Assembly (NCBI GenBank): GCA_051294905.1
Contig: CM119371.1
Span: forward strand, 34,102,001 to 34,166,000
DNA: 64,000 nucleotides
Direction: 5' to 3'
Source of the DNA: Botryllus schlosseri
Lineage: Eukaryota
The number at the start of each line of letters is the position of its first letter. Positions within the stretch are counted from its first letter, which is position 1. Both the position numbers and the translations under genes were made by a program. The notes below the pieces were generated by a model. That model saw only the letters and a list, made by a program, of their open reading frames with translations. It made no database searches and had not been told where the DNA came from. Below are positions 53,225 to 64,000 of this stretch, piece by piece.

Positions 53225-53689
53225 GCGAATTATATATCGCGATCATCGATATCGTACAAGGATGACGTCGTGGATTTCAAATAGTGACGTCAAAAGTGAT
53301 TGTCATTGGTAAATGACTCTTTTGACGAAACTGGTTCCCGAACCTTGTCATATAATACGACGTCAATGTCCACCTTAGTTCAGTAACAGCAATGGTCATG
53401 GTCTGGTAATTCAAAATGGCGAATTGTCTCCCTAAGTAACAAATGTCCACTAAAGTGGTCTATTAGATACTGCAAAAGTTGGGAAAAATTAGGGCGACCG
53501 CAGTTGGAGGACATTTCGTGTATATTCTAAACGCTGCGATATAAACCGCAAATCACCAGTGACAAAGCGCGGAATCGATATTCCAAAACCAATCGAGTTA
53601 TTTTCAGACGCCTAGCTTGTCTCCTTCTGTTGGCGATAATTGTCGCCCAACTGCTTCAAAACAGGACTGTCCACCAAAGTAGTTTAATA

Positions 53690-53694
<5 letters not shown>

Positions 53695-53722
<28 letters not shown>
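53695..53722. repeat. (AT)n microsatellite
   Basis: Pure AT dinucleotide run. Confidence 0.95.
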
Positions 53723-54881
53723 GGAAGTTTTTGGTCAACAAGGGGCAGCCGTTTTCGGCCAAGGTTTTCGCGCGGCCAAATATTTAGCACACGCTTGGGA
53801 GTCCCATGTTACCTTGAACTTAATTATCTGTTGGTGGGTCGTGGGGCAGAATTGGCTGACACTGGAATGCCTATTTCTGTAAATCATGTGTATTTCTTTG
53901 GGGAAGGGCATCCAATAATGGAGTCTGCAGCAAATTTGATGTACCTACTGGAATTCTTCATGGGCCCAGACTTCGTTGAGAAAAAGTTTTTCCATGATGT
54001 AAAAATTGTCAGTTTTTAAGTCAAAAAGCTTTTTGCAGGCCGAACTACTTCGTAAAGACAGACATTTCCAATCAGAATTGAAGGAGATAAGTAGTGCGAT
54101 TCTAAGATTGTGCGAGAATACCTAGTTTACATACATTAGCCCCAAATCTTCCGTTTTTAGGTAAAAAATCGCCATAGTGATGACCCACCTGTCTATGCTT
54201 TCATTGGCTGCTGACCATTAGGCGCGATCAATGGACGAATCAGGGCTGTTGTGTGGTACGTCGTGTGCAGTGGCGTACGACCGTATACGCAGTTTGTTTG
54301 AGGTTCTGAATCGGAATCTTGTCAAACCGATTCTATCTTCTACATACATTAGCTCATTTTGAATTAAGTGATTGGTATCACTTTGATGCGCTTTGACTGA
54401 GCAATACCACGATACTTTCAAAAGCGAAGCGTCGCAATTTCGAACTGGTATCTGAAAGGGGCAAGAAGTAGTCACACTTGTTGGCAATAAATATTCAATA
54501 TAATGTTATTGTCTTGTCTGAAAATCATACTTTATTGGTTTTGTTCTTTTAACACTTTATATGTGCACTTTCAATTAGTGAACAAGTAATCTGCAATAAT
54601 TCATTGGATAATATTGGTAGAACATTATTTTTAATGAGTCACCCAAATTTCCGCCGTCACCTTGGTTTCGTTATCGCTTGCAGGTTAGCTTCATAGTTTA
54701 CTCATATATTCATTGACTCATTTCCGAATCAGTGAGTTAAATTTTCCATGTACATAATACACAACAATTTAAAATATGCAGTAGTTTTGTAGAAATCACA
54801 GCAACTGCAATTGCAGCATATGATGTAATTAATTTGTAAATACTGCATAATAATCGGAGACAGTAGTCGAGGAGAAAATAT

Positions 54882-54959
54882 GCATTGCCGGCGCGAACCT
54901 GCGCGGACAGAGTCCAACTAAATTCTGGTCTGCTGCCTCAACCTCTCGGCCAACAACTC
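54882..54959 (-). pseudogene. Degenerate tRNA-Ser-like sequence
   Basis: Minus strand tggccgagaggttgaggc...ttggactctgtccgcgcaggttcg resembles the tRNA-Ser D arm, long variable arm and T arm; the 3' end is broken. Confidence 0.6.
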
Positions 54960-54960
54960 A

Positions 54961-55026
54961 AGCCACCGATGAGATTCGAACTCATGAACCCTAGTTTACG
55001 AAACCAGTGCTCTGAGCTACAGCAGC
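54961..55026 (-). pseudogene. tRNA-Thr(CGT)-like pseudogene with a D-loop deletion
   Basis: Minus strand: anticodon arm ctggt-ttCGTaa-actag, perfect T arm atgag-ttcgaat-ctcat, G-U-rich acceptor stem, D loop missing (gctcagagc). Confidence 0.75.
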
Positions 55027-55361
55027 TTCGAGCACTGCTGGTAAACCTTGCTGTCCGTTTTCACTCGTTATTGCTGTCAAGAAAACTATCAATATTTACT
55101 TAACTTTTCATATTATACGGGGGGAGTCCTCTGTCGAGTTCTGTGCGAAGTTAATTCTATCCAGTTCTCCTATCCATATCATAAAAGGCACTCCACTAGC
55201 CAAATCAGAGAGAAAAGGTTATAATTTAGAGGTATTTGTTGTTCCTTCATCACTGCTCTTTTCGCGACAAGCTCTCTGTTGTCAAGAAACCAACCGTAAT
55301 AAAGGCTCTAACTTTACCAGAGTCACGTGGGTGCTTGAGTATTGGCCGGCAGCAATCTATA

Positions 55362-55369
55362 TATAAATA
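55362..55369 (+). promoter_or_regulatory. TATA box of E2 copy 4
   Basis: TATAAATA followed by gtcgagcgattcaata, as upstream of copy 1. Confidence 0.55.
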
Positions 55370-55412
55370 CCCTGATCGACATCGTCGAGCGATTCAATAA
55401 CAGCGAGCAACA

Positions 55413-55834
55413 ATGCCTGATAGAGAAATATCTATGAAGAGGCTTCAGTACGAATACAAGAAATTTTTGCAAGAGCCGGGTGAACTTTCTATAAGAGCAG
55501 GGCCAATCGATAAATCGAACTTGCATCATTGGTGGGCGACGATAAGAGGACCACGCGGAACACCATTTGAAGAGGGGGTATTTCGAATTACCATCGAATA
55601 TCCAACAGAATATCCCTTCAAACCCCCGAAAATGCGATTCGAAACGAAGATTGTCCATCCAAATATCTGCAGATGGGGTACGATATGCGTGGATATTTTG
55701 CAAAAGCAATATTCGCCGGCCGTTACGACGTCGAAAGTGCTTTTGTCGATATGTTCTTTGCTTGCTTCTCCTGATCTCGATCACTCTGTAGACCCGAGAG
55801 TGCGATTATGTACCTGGAGAACCCGGTGCTATAT
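55413..55834 (+). pseudogene. E2 copy 4 (Cys retained), frameshifted and truncated by LINE insertion
   Basis: HPNICRWGTICVDIL; a 1-nt deletion near 55794 shifts ESAIMYLENPVLY into another frame; homology ends at a poly(T) run at 55834. Confidence 0.88.
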
Positions 55835-56510
55835 TTTTTTTTCAGCTCAGGTCGTGCCATGTTCAGCCATTCTCATGAGTTTGAGCGGCTTTCGGTATCG
55901 TTCGTTTTTCCGGTTCTCAGGCCTGCAGACCTTCATGGCAGTTTCATCATTGCTTATCAAATTTATTTATTCGGTAAAAAGAGGCATAGACATATAGACA
56001 TTGATATAGCATTATGCATTGTTGGTGGGTGTGGATTGGTCTTCGTTTCTTCCTGTGTCTTTTCCGTTTTCTCTTTAGATGACATCTTTCAGGGCTTTCA
56101 GGCTTTCCGGAAGTAGTTCCTGTGTTTCTATTCTTTTAAGAGCTGTCCTCCTTATCTTCTTGCATGTTGTTTTGACGTATTGCTCGGGGTCTTCCTGGTA
56201 TTTGTTTTCTACTTCAAGGTATCTTCTGTTTCCGATAACTTTATTTTTGAATATCGCTATCATGAGTGATGTTGCTGTATCCATTCTGACTCTGTTTCTG
56301 CCAAGAATGCTGTCGTCGTCGAGGTTGACGTTTTTTCTTGTTGCGTCTGATAGTATGCTTTGCATCATCCTGATCATCTCTTGGGATGCTTTACAGTGAT
56401 ATAGCAGATGGGACATTGTTTCATTCCTGGCCTTGCATTGCCTGCAGTTTGTCAGGGCTATTTTGCCTGTGTGGTGTTGGAGGATGTTTTTAGTAAGCCA
56501 TGTGGGGACG
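55834..56510 (-). mobile_element. 3' fragment of an L1/Tx1-type LINE, antisense to the E2
   Basis: Minus strand NCRQCKARNETMSHLLYHC (CCHC knuckle) followed by ...SILG...LMIAIFKNKVIGNR, stop at 56075, 3' UTR and A9 tail. Confidence 0.75.
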
Positions 56511-56697
56511 AAGGAACCCCCTCGCGCACGAGCGAGAACACTTCAACCATTGCTAAAAGCGGCACGCCCAGTGCGAGCTCCGATACACCTGAGTACCAAC
56601 CGTTCGTTCCAACGCCCATGAGAGGTGTCGATTTAACAACTCCTCATACTACTCTGAAGCAGCATAGTACGCCATATCCATCGAACCCTTCACCCTA

Positions 56698-59621
56698 ATG
56701 CAATGGAATTGTCAAGAAATCCACCGCAAAATTCATGAGTTGAAATATTTTCTGGAGCGCACCTACCCAAACCCTGATGTCATTGCCCTCCAAGAGACCC
56801 ACCTCGTCGCCAAATATACACCTAAGATACCGAATTATGTTCTAGTTAGGAATGATCGTGACATACACGGCGGCGGTGTGTGCCTATTCATTAAAGCGGG
56901 ATATCTTTCACACAGACAAAAATTGCTGATATCGAGCCGATCGAACTTCAAATAGTCCACCTAGGAGGTATTACAATCGTCAACGCATATGTCCCTCCGA
57001 ACAAGTCCATACCCGGATCGGTTTTTCGCAAGTCGTTCGCGAAATTCGACTCTTGTGTGATCATCGTTGGCGACCTCAACGCGCATCATCCGATGTGGGG
57101 AAGCAATCATCCGAACGCTTATGGTAGGCACATTTTATCTGTGATGGAGGACCTGGAACTAGTGATGATCAACACTGCCATACCCACCCGTATCAGCTTA
57201 TCCTCAACCAGTCTCGGCGCAACATCGTTACTTGATCTTACTATTGCGTCAAAAGATATTGCGCACAGAGTGCGAACAACAATCACGGACGAACTGTTTG
57301 GCAGTGATCACTATGTCATATTGAACAGCCTCGACATGGAAGTCAATATCCAAGATCAACATCACCCATCGTGGTCACTCCGTCGGGCCAAGTGGCCACA
57401 TTTCAAAAACATTTGCCATCAGCAACTCTCCAATCTAAGTAACGACGCCGGTCAATTGACGATCGAAGATATAACTAACGTCATATTCCAAGCCGCTAAG
57501 CATACCATTCCGCTTACAAAGGAAGTTAGAAAAAGTAGTGTGCCTTGGTGGAAGTATAGCTGTACACGAGCTGTCCGGTTAAAACGGGCCTCTTATCAGA
57601 AAATGAAGCGATCCTTTAGCGTTGATGATGTTATCAAGTTCAAGCAACATCGAGCGCGTACGAGAAAAACGCTACTCGATGCAAAACGATCTTACTGGGA
57701 GTCTTTTTGTAACAGCCTAAATCGCAATTCCAAATTGACGAAAGTCTGGCGCGTAATTAGTTTAATGTCAGGCTCGCGCTCGTGGAATCAAATACACCAA
57801 TTGGTCTCGAACGGCGCGCTAATCACAGACAATGTAAACATGGCAAACACACTGGCTCGGCATTTCGCGTCAACCAGTAGTGATGAAAATATAGACGTAT
57901 TACACCGCCAACGTCGCTCCGATTTCTGCAGCGACACTATTCCCGCAGTCCTAGCCGAAACTCCGAGCGATGACATTATGAACCTACCTTTCACCCGCTC
58001 AGAATTGTCTGATGTTTTGCGACTTAGGAAGAATACTGCGCCGGGCATTGATGGAATTTGCTCCGCAATGCTTCTAAACCTCAGTGAGTATAGCCTCCAA
58101 ACACTTTTGGATTCTATCAATAATTTGTGGGTTTCGGGCCAGTGCCCAGCATCTTGGCGGCATTCAATTATTGTGCCTATTTTAAAAGGTAGCAAACCCG
58201 CGAATAATCCCTCTTCTTATAGACCAATTTCTCTGACGAGCAACATCTGTAAGACAATGGAAAGGTTAATTAATAACAGACTAACTTGGTGGCTTGAACG
58301 GAATAGAATACTGCACCCACGTCAATGCGGCTTTCGACGCAAACGGTCTACTCGAGATTGCATAATGTCACTACACGACGATATCTATAAATCATTATTC
58401 AATAAAAGATTCGTTTTAGCGGTGTTCTTGGACTTTGAAAAGGCCTACGACATGATTTGGAGAGACGGACTCGTACTTAAACTGCGGAAAATTGGCCTCA
58501 CAGGAAACATACTGCGGTGGGTGCATTCATTCATTAACAACAGAACTTTTCAGGTTCGTCTCGGTAACACCTTATCAGACACATTTGCGCTCGATAATGG
58601 TATTCCACAAGGAAGCGTGTTGTCTCCGACTTTGTTTGCAATCATGATCAATGACCTCCCTCATGACCTTTCGACTAACATCAATGTATTTGCAGATGAC
58701 GTATGCATTTGGGATATCGGACTAAAAGCTTGTGATATAGCCTCAAACGTGCAAGCCTCGCTCAACTCCATTCAGGAGTGGTGCCATCATTGGGGATTCA
58801 AAATTAACGCAAAAAAGTCGGCCAGTGTGTTGTTCACGAGAAAGCGCAAGTACCCTAATATCAATTTACTCATCGGACAGGTCACATTGCGCTTAGAACG
58901 AGAGTTTAAATATCTAGGGATGATATTTGATGCAAAACTCAACTATGGTCCGCATTCGCGTATGGTAGTCGCAAAGTGCTCAAGACGGCTCAATGTATTA
59001 AGGGCATTGGCTGGTACTACCTGGGGTGCCTCGAAGTCTTGCCTTATGATCGTATACAAAACTTTGATTAGATCAGTTATGGAGTATGGTATTGAGGCGT
59101 ATTTATTCTCACCAAAATACGAATTGAAAGCGCTACAGTTGCTTCAGAACAAAGCGCTGAGAACATGCAGTGGTGCAATGTCGAGTACACCATTGTATGT
59201 ATTACAGCACTCGTGTCATGAACTGGCTATGCACTTGCGACATCTGCAAGCCTGCCTCGACTATCGCTGCCACATCATGGCAATCGAAAACCACCCATGT
59301 ACATCGCTAACAGAGCAGAGTTGGCATGAAATTTTTCCAGATTCATTTCGATTCGGAACTTTTAATATGCTCACCAGGTTGAATGAGGGCATAAAAGACT
59401 TGAAAATAGCAGAATATAATCTTTATCCCGATGCTCCTTGGAATGAACAACCATGTTACACCGTCGATACGCACTTGCAATCGATCATATCCAACATGCA
59501 GCACCCTGATGTAATCAAGTTTGAATCCAACCACTATATTATGTCTACATACGATTCTTATATACAAATATTTACTGATGGATCGAAAATGAAATTTAGA
59601 TGTGGGGCAGGAGTAATGTAG
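56698..59621 (+). mobile_element. I-group (I/Nimb-like) LINE ORF2: APE endonuclease, reverse transcriptase and start of RNase H; one frameshift; 3'-truncated
   Basis: Motifs LQET, GGGV, NAYVPP, GDLNAHH, SDH; YRPISL, QCGFR, LDFEKAYD, GIPQGSVLSP, FADD, KYLG; IFTDGSK just before the stop. The frame changes near 56900-56950. Confidence 0.93.
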
Positions 59622-59747
59622 TTGGTATCGTTTGTTGCCCCGCCCCTCAGGCTATTTAGAATGTAAACACTCTCATAATATAATTAACGTCGGATTATGG
59701 CCGGTCCATGCTTCCGAGAGATAAATAACATTCATTATACGTTAGAT

Positions 59748-61321
59748 CAAGGGTCGGCTACCTACGGCCCGCGGGCCGGATCCGGCCCGCCAAGCGAAAT
59801 CGTCCGGCCCGCGACATAATAATTAGTTATCACAAGAATACGGCCCGCCGCTTCGTAATGAGTTTCAATCTGCAGTGCAGCGCTGCATGAAAAAAATGCG
59901 CCATTGCTACGATATAATAGTAGCCTACATCGTATTAGTCTATTGTTACGCCATAAAACGAAGGTGGTTGAAGTAGGAGATGGAGATAGACTAGACTGGA
60001 TCAGTGCTTATCAATCGGGTGTATCTCACAACCGAAGGTGTTCCATGCTTTTTTAAAGGGTTAATCACTCTAACGGGGTGTGACAATAAAGGTGTTCTTC
60101 CTTTGCTTCAAAAACGCTCGGAGCATCTCAGACGCAATGACGGAATCTCAAGCTATTCAATTATAGATAACTAGCCTCCGTATGTTAGTTAGCCTGTCCA
60201 TAGTTTGATTTTCCAGAAGGCATTGTGTGCCAAGACAAAAAACCTGAATAGTGTTTTGGCCACAATGGTGAAAACTGTTGCTATGATTTTTGTCTCATCA
60301 ACTGAATCAGTTACGCCAGATGTTACTAGAAGCAGAGAATCAATATGGCGATGTCATGTATAGGCCTATATCTGTCATGTTCGCTCATTGAGTCGAACAG
60401 CTATGCTTACACGAGTGTATGGACTGAGAAATGAAATAGCAACTTTCCTCGAAAATACAAATATCGCCGACTCATAATCATGTATCTCATCTTGCTTTCC
60501 TGGTACATTTAACGTCACATCTGAACAAATTGACCTTGACACTTCAGGGGGAAAACAACATACATGAGATGTTGAGGCGCATTCAAAACAAATCTGTGAC
60601 TCTGGAAATGTCAACAGTACAAAGAAAATTATGCTCACTTTCCTATACTGGAGGAGAGAAAACCTAGTACCAACACTACATTTGTAACTGTGATACGAAA
60701 TTTAACTACTGAATATTCACCCGCTTTTCCGACATTCCTTCTCTACAAAATGAATTCTGACTATTCAGTACTCTGTTTAATGTGGACGCCAATACCGTTG
60801 CCTGAAAATTTCAAATGGGCCTTTCTGAAATGCGATGCAGTTGAACTGAATGACAAATTTCATACAAAGAGCATATCGCTGCATGACTTTGACAAAGAGT
60901 ACGTTCTTGAAATTGGTCTTTATCCCAGCTTAACCAGCAATGCAAAAGAAATTGCATCGATTTTTGGAAGCACGTACGCATGTGAACAATAGTTTTGAAC
61001 AATGAAATTCATGAAGAGCAAGCTAAGATCACGTATTTCGGACGTCCAATTTGAATAGGATCTGATTCTTGTTTCATCTGACTTGTTACCAGAAGTTGAA
61101 AACCTTTCACAAAGCAAGCTGCGTCAATTGTCACAATTATTCTGTGTCGTTGAAGTGTAAATACATGTGTCTTCGGATTGGTATGATTGAGATTGCAGCA
61201 ATGTAGGATAATATACCGAAGTGAGCGTAAAATATAGTACTAAGAAAAAATCCGGCCCGCCAGAAGGTTGTACGTACACCCGAAATTTGGCCCGCGACTA
61301 GCAAAAGGTTGCCGACCCCTG
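59748..61321 (+). mobile_element. Decayed Buster/Charlie (GTF2IRD2/SPIN-like) hAT transposon
   Basis: Termini caagggtcggctacct / aggttgccgacccctg; perfect TSD cgttagat; transposase remnants QKALCAK, HLNKL..LQG, IFGSTYACEQ..MKFMKSKLRSRI. Confidence 0.9.
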
Positions 61322-61969
61322 CGTTAGATGATACTTTTCCTTGATATTCTAATATGTGTATTTAGGACTAATGCGACAACGGTAGACTATCACCGTGTGT
61401 ATTTATGAGCATCTCTCGCCGCTACACTATCGAAACTTTCCTCCGACAGTCTATTATGTGTATTTAGGACTAATGCGACATCTATTGCGTAGAATATGCG
61501 TACTGAGCTGTTTTTGAGAATATGAATTCTCGCATAATACACATAACGTTGAACTAGATTTCATGACATCATCACAGAGGAATTAGGCGACTATCTAGGT
61601 TGTAGGTTCGATTCTTGTAGTATAAGATTCAGTCATACGATTCAGTCATTTTCATGTCACTAGAATAAAGGTAATTAAATCGACGGATGTTCGCGAGATA
61701 TTCTATGTGTATTTAGGACGACTTGATAAGTGACTATATTCGCCAGATAATATTATTATGTGTATTTTTACTTTGTATTTTAGCGGATAACATGACTTCT
61801 AGGATAATACTCATCAACGTTTAACTGTAGTCGCAGTTTTATGATGATTACGTTAGATGATTAAATTCCGAAACTTCATAATAACTTGCTTTCATGGATA
61901 TAAATTCAGATTATACACATGAATTTCGAAAACTATGATGTCAATGCAAGACTCCACCACCGCGAACCA

Positions 61970-62355
61970 CAATTCCAGCATCGGTATTGGCAATAAAGCC
62001 TAAGAATTAGAGTCGCACCTTAACGCAAATTATGCAGGTATTCTAGCAGACTTGTCACATTTTCTGTATCTGAAGTCGAATTTCAGCATCGTTATTCACT
62101 ATAAGCCGAGAAATGTACCTTCGCGCAATCTATACAGACAGACGCATACACTTTGCTGCATCTGAAGTAGAATTTCAGCGTCGGTATTTGTTATAAGCCG
62201 AGAAATGTACCTTCGCGCAATTTTTACAAGTAGTCGCACATACTTTGCTGCATCTGAAGTGGAATTCCAGCGTCGTTGTTTGCTATAAGCCAGGAAATTA
62301 GAGTCGACGCTTCGCGCAATTTTGACAGGTAGTCTCACACACTTTGCTGCATCTG
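61970..62355. repeat. Minisatellite, about 92-99-bp unit, about 4 copies
   Basis: tttgctgcatctg recurs at about 62060, 62152, 62244 and 62343. Confidence 0.85.
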
Positions 62356-63539
62356 GGCTTCATACTAATACATGCATGATTTTGGCATGTCGAGAATACG
62401 GGTAATTATAATTAAATCATCAATAAACGCCGGAGGCGAGTCATTTAAACCTTGTTGGTAGATTATAGCGCTTTCGACTACAACAAAGTTGCCCTGCCAC
62501 AAAAAATAGAAGCCTTAATGATCATACAGAGGAAAGTTCAATTTTACATCGAATTATTCGAATCGACTACGTACATTGCATAGGTATGAGGTGAAATAAA
62601 ACGGATTTACGCAAAAGTTCGACACTAAAACGCCGGCGGTGTCTTATAAAGTAATAATGTAAGCTGCGATGGATGCTGCTATATAATGCTAGTAGCGAAT
62701 ATAGTAGAAAGTCCGCGTCTGGATGAATGTAAGCAGGTGCGCTTAGTAACGTAGTAAATCGCATAACAGAATTTACATAAATAGCTACTTCTACCTTAAT
62801 TTAATGGATTTATCTGAGATCATTGCTTTACTTAATCTGTCCAAAATGTGCATTATACAAGTACGTCACCATCGAAACCATCTGCCTATAACTATCTGGC
62901 AGTATAATTGCAGCAAATTTTAAACTTATCACCCAGCACGGACACTCAATGAAGAGCACCCTGGAGCACCCACATAAATGCTCTACAATTCTTGACATAT
63001 AATATACTGATCATATAATAAGCTTACAAAACTTATACTTGAGTACTCCGAAATGTACAAGTACTTTACCTTCACACGATGTTTTTGTAAAATGATACTT
63101 TAAAATGACGATTACACAAGTACTTCCCCTAAATCCGAAAGACTTATTCGCTCGAGTTACAGCCGTAGCGCTTGGACCAATTTCGCGTAGGCTATGCATA
63201 CAAATGAGGAAAGTTACATCAACCCGTGTTAATCAGTTGTATTATGTAGCTTGTAATTCATGCAAGTAAGTCGGACAACCCGGAACGAGTTAAAGCGTAT
63301 GATGATGGAACAGATTGCACAGCCATGAAGGTGCGTTTTATCATTTCTCAACTATATTGAAAAAAATCGCCAGCGTACCGAGATTTTCCCTATATCGTAC
63401 CATTTAAATAGCTAATAACGTAATAATGAGTTCTGTGCGCGGCTATAATGTTAAGAGGCAATATTGCCGAAGTCGCATAAATTCGAATGTATATGCTAGC
63501 TCTCTGTTATGTGTAGACTCTCTAGCCCTGCTTATTACT

Positions 63540-63760
63540 CGAATCTCGCTGTGGTTACAATATTATGAATTAATTAAGTAGAGCTACTGTATATTATTAA
63601 TCACCTATATTTAAATTCTATATGCTAATGCGTTGAGTTTGAAGCTATCGAATCGTGCTGTATGGTTACAATATTGTGTATTAATTAAGTAGATCTACTG
63701 CATAATATTTAACGCCTATATTTAAATTCGGTATGCTAATGCGTTGAGTCTGAAGCTAAA
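63540..63760. repeat. Tandem repeat, 110-bp unit, 2 copies
   Basis: ggttacaatatt at 63554 and 63664, with the unit alignable throughout. Confidence 0.85.
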
Positions 63761-64000
63761 ACATCCTTTTTCATGCGCCCAAGGAGACTAGCACCGCGTA
63801 TGCATGACAGACTTCACGCAAAAGTTGCTATTCCGAAAATTTTGTAAAGTTATTAGTTTAAAAACTTATACTTCAGCACTACGAAATGTACAAGTACTTT
63901 ACCTTTACACGGCGTTTTTGTAAAATGAATACTAATTTTAATAAAAAATAGAAAAGAGCGAAAAATTACATTTTATCCCGGAACGCAACAAGAAAAATCG

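Noticed and set aside
55843..55952. Box C/D-like motifs (atgatga...ctga) on the minus strand
   Set aside because: They lie in the LINE 3' UTR; there is no terminal stem or recognisable rRNA guide.
55797..55997. 194-aa ORF 55413-55997 as an intact E2 with a novel tail
   Set aside because: The tail arises from a frameshift and read-through into antisense LINE sequence.

Overview
AT-rich, repeat-dense eukaryotic DNA, most likely an invertebrate animal (possibly a tunicate; this cannot be settled from the sequence). No prokaryotic features, rRNA or CRISPR. The only clear host-gene content is a cluster of four intronless UBE2D/Ubc4-like E2 ubiquitin-conjugating paralogues in different states. Copy 1 (19085-19705, +) is intact but has Ser at the catalytic Cys. 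Copy 3 (38684-39409, -) is intact with the Cys. Copy 2 (-) is a frameshifted, promoterless duplicate. Copy 4 (+) is frameshifted and interrupted by LINEs. The two intact copies have a TATA box with a kappaB-like motif just upstream and share an unfamiliar C-terminal extension. Most of the rest is nested non-autonomous hAT elements with 8-bp target-site duplications (TSDs), including a roughly six-level nest, a composite MITE that moved as a unit, and an element inserted in inverted orientation into a copy of itself. Also present: an I-group LINE, an L1/Tx1-type fragment, a Penelope-like fragment with a minimal hammerhead ribozyme, tRNA-derived SINEs, an adjacent Thr/Ser tRNA-like pair and, speculatively, a decayed Ig-plus-TIR receptor gene. 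All coordinates and alignments were read by eye.
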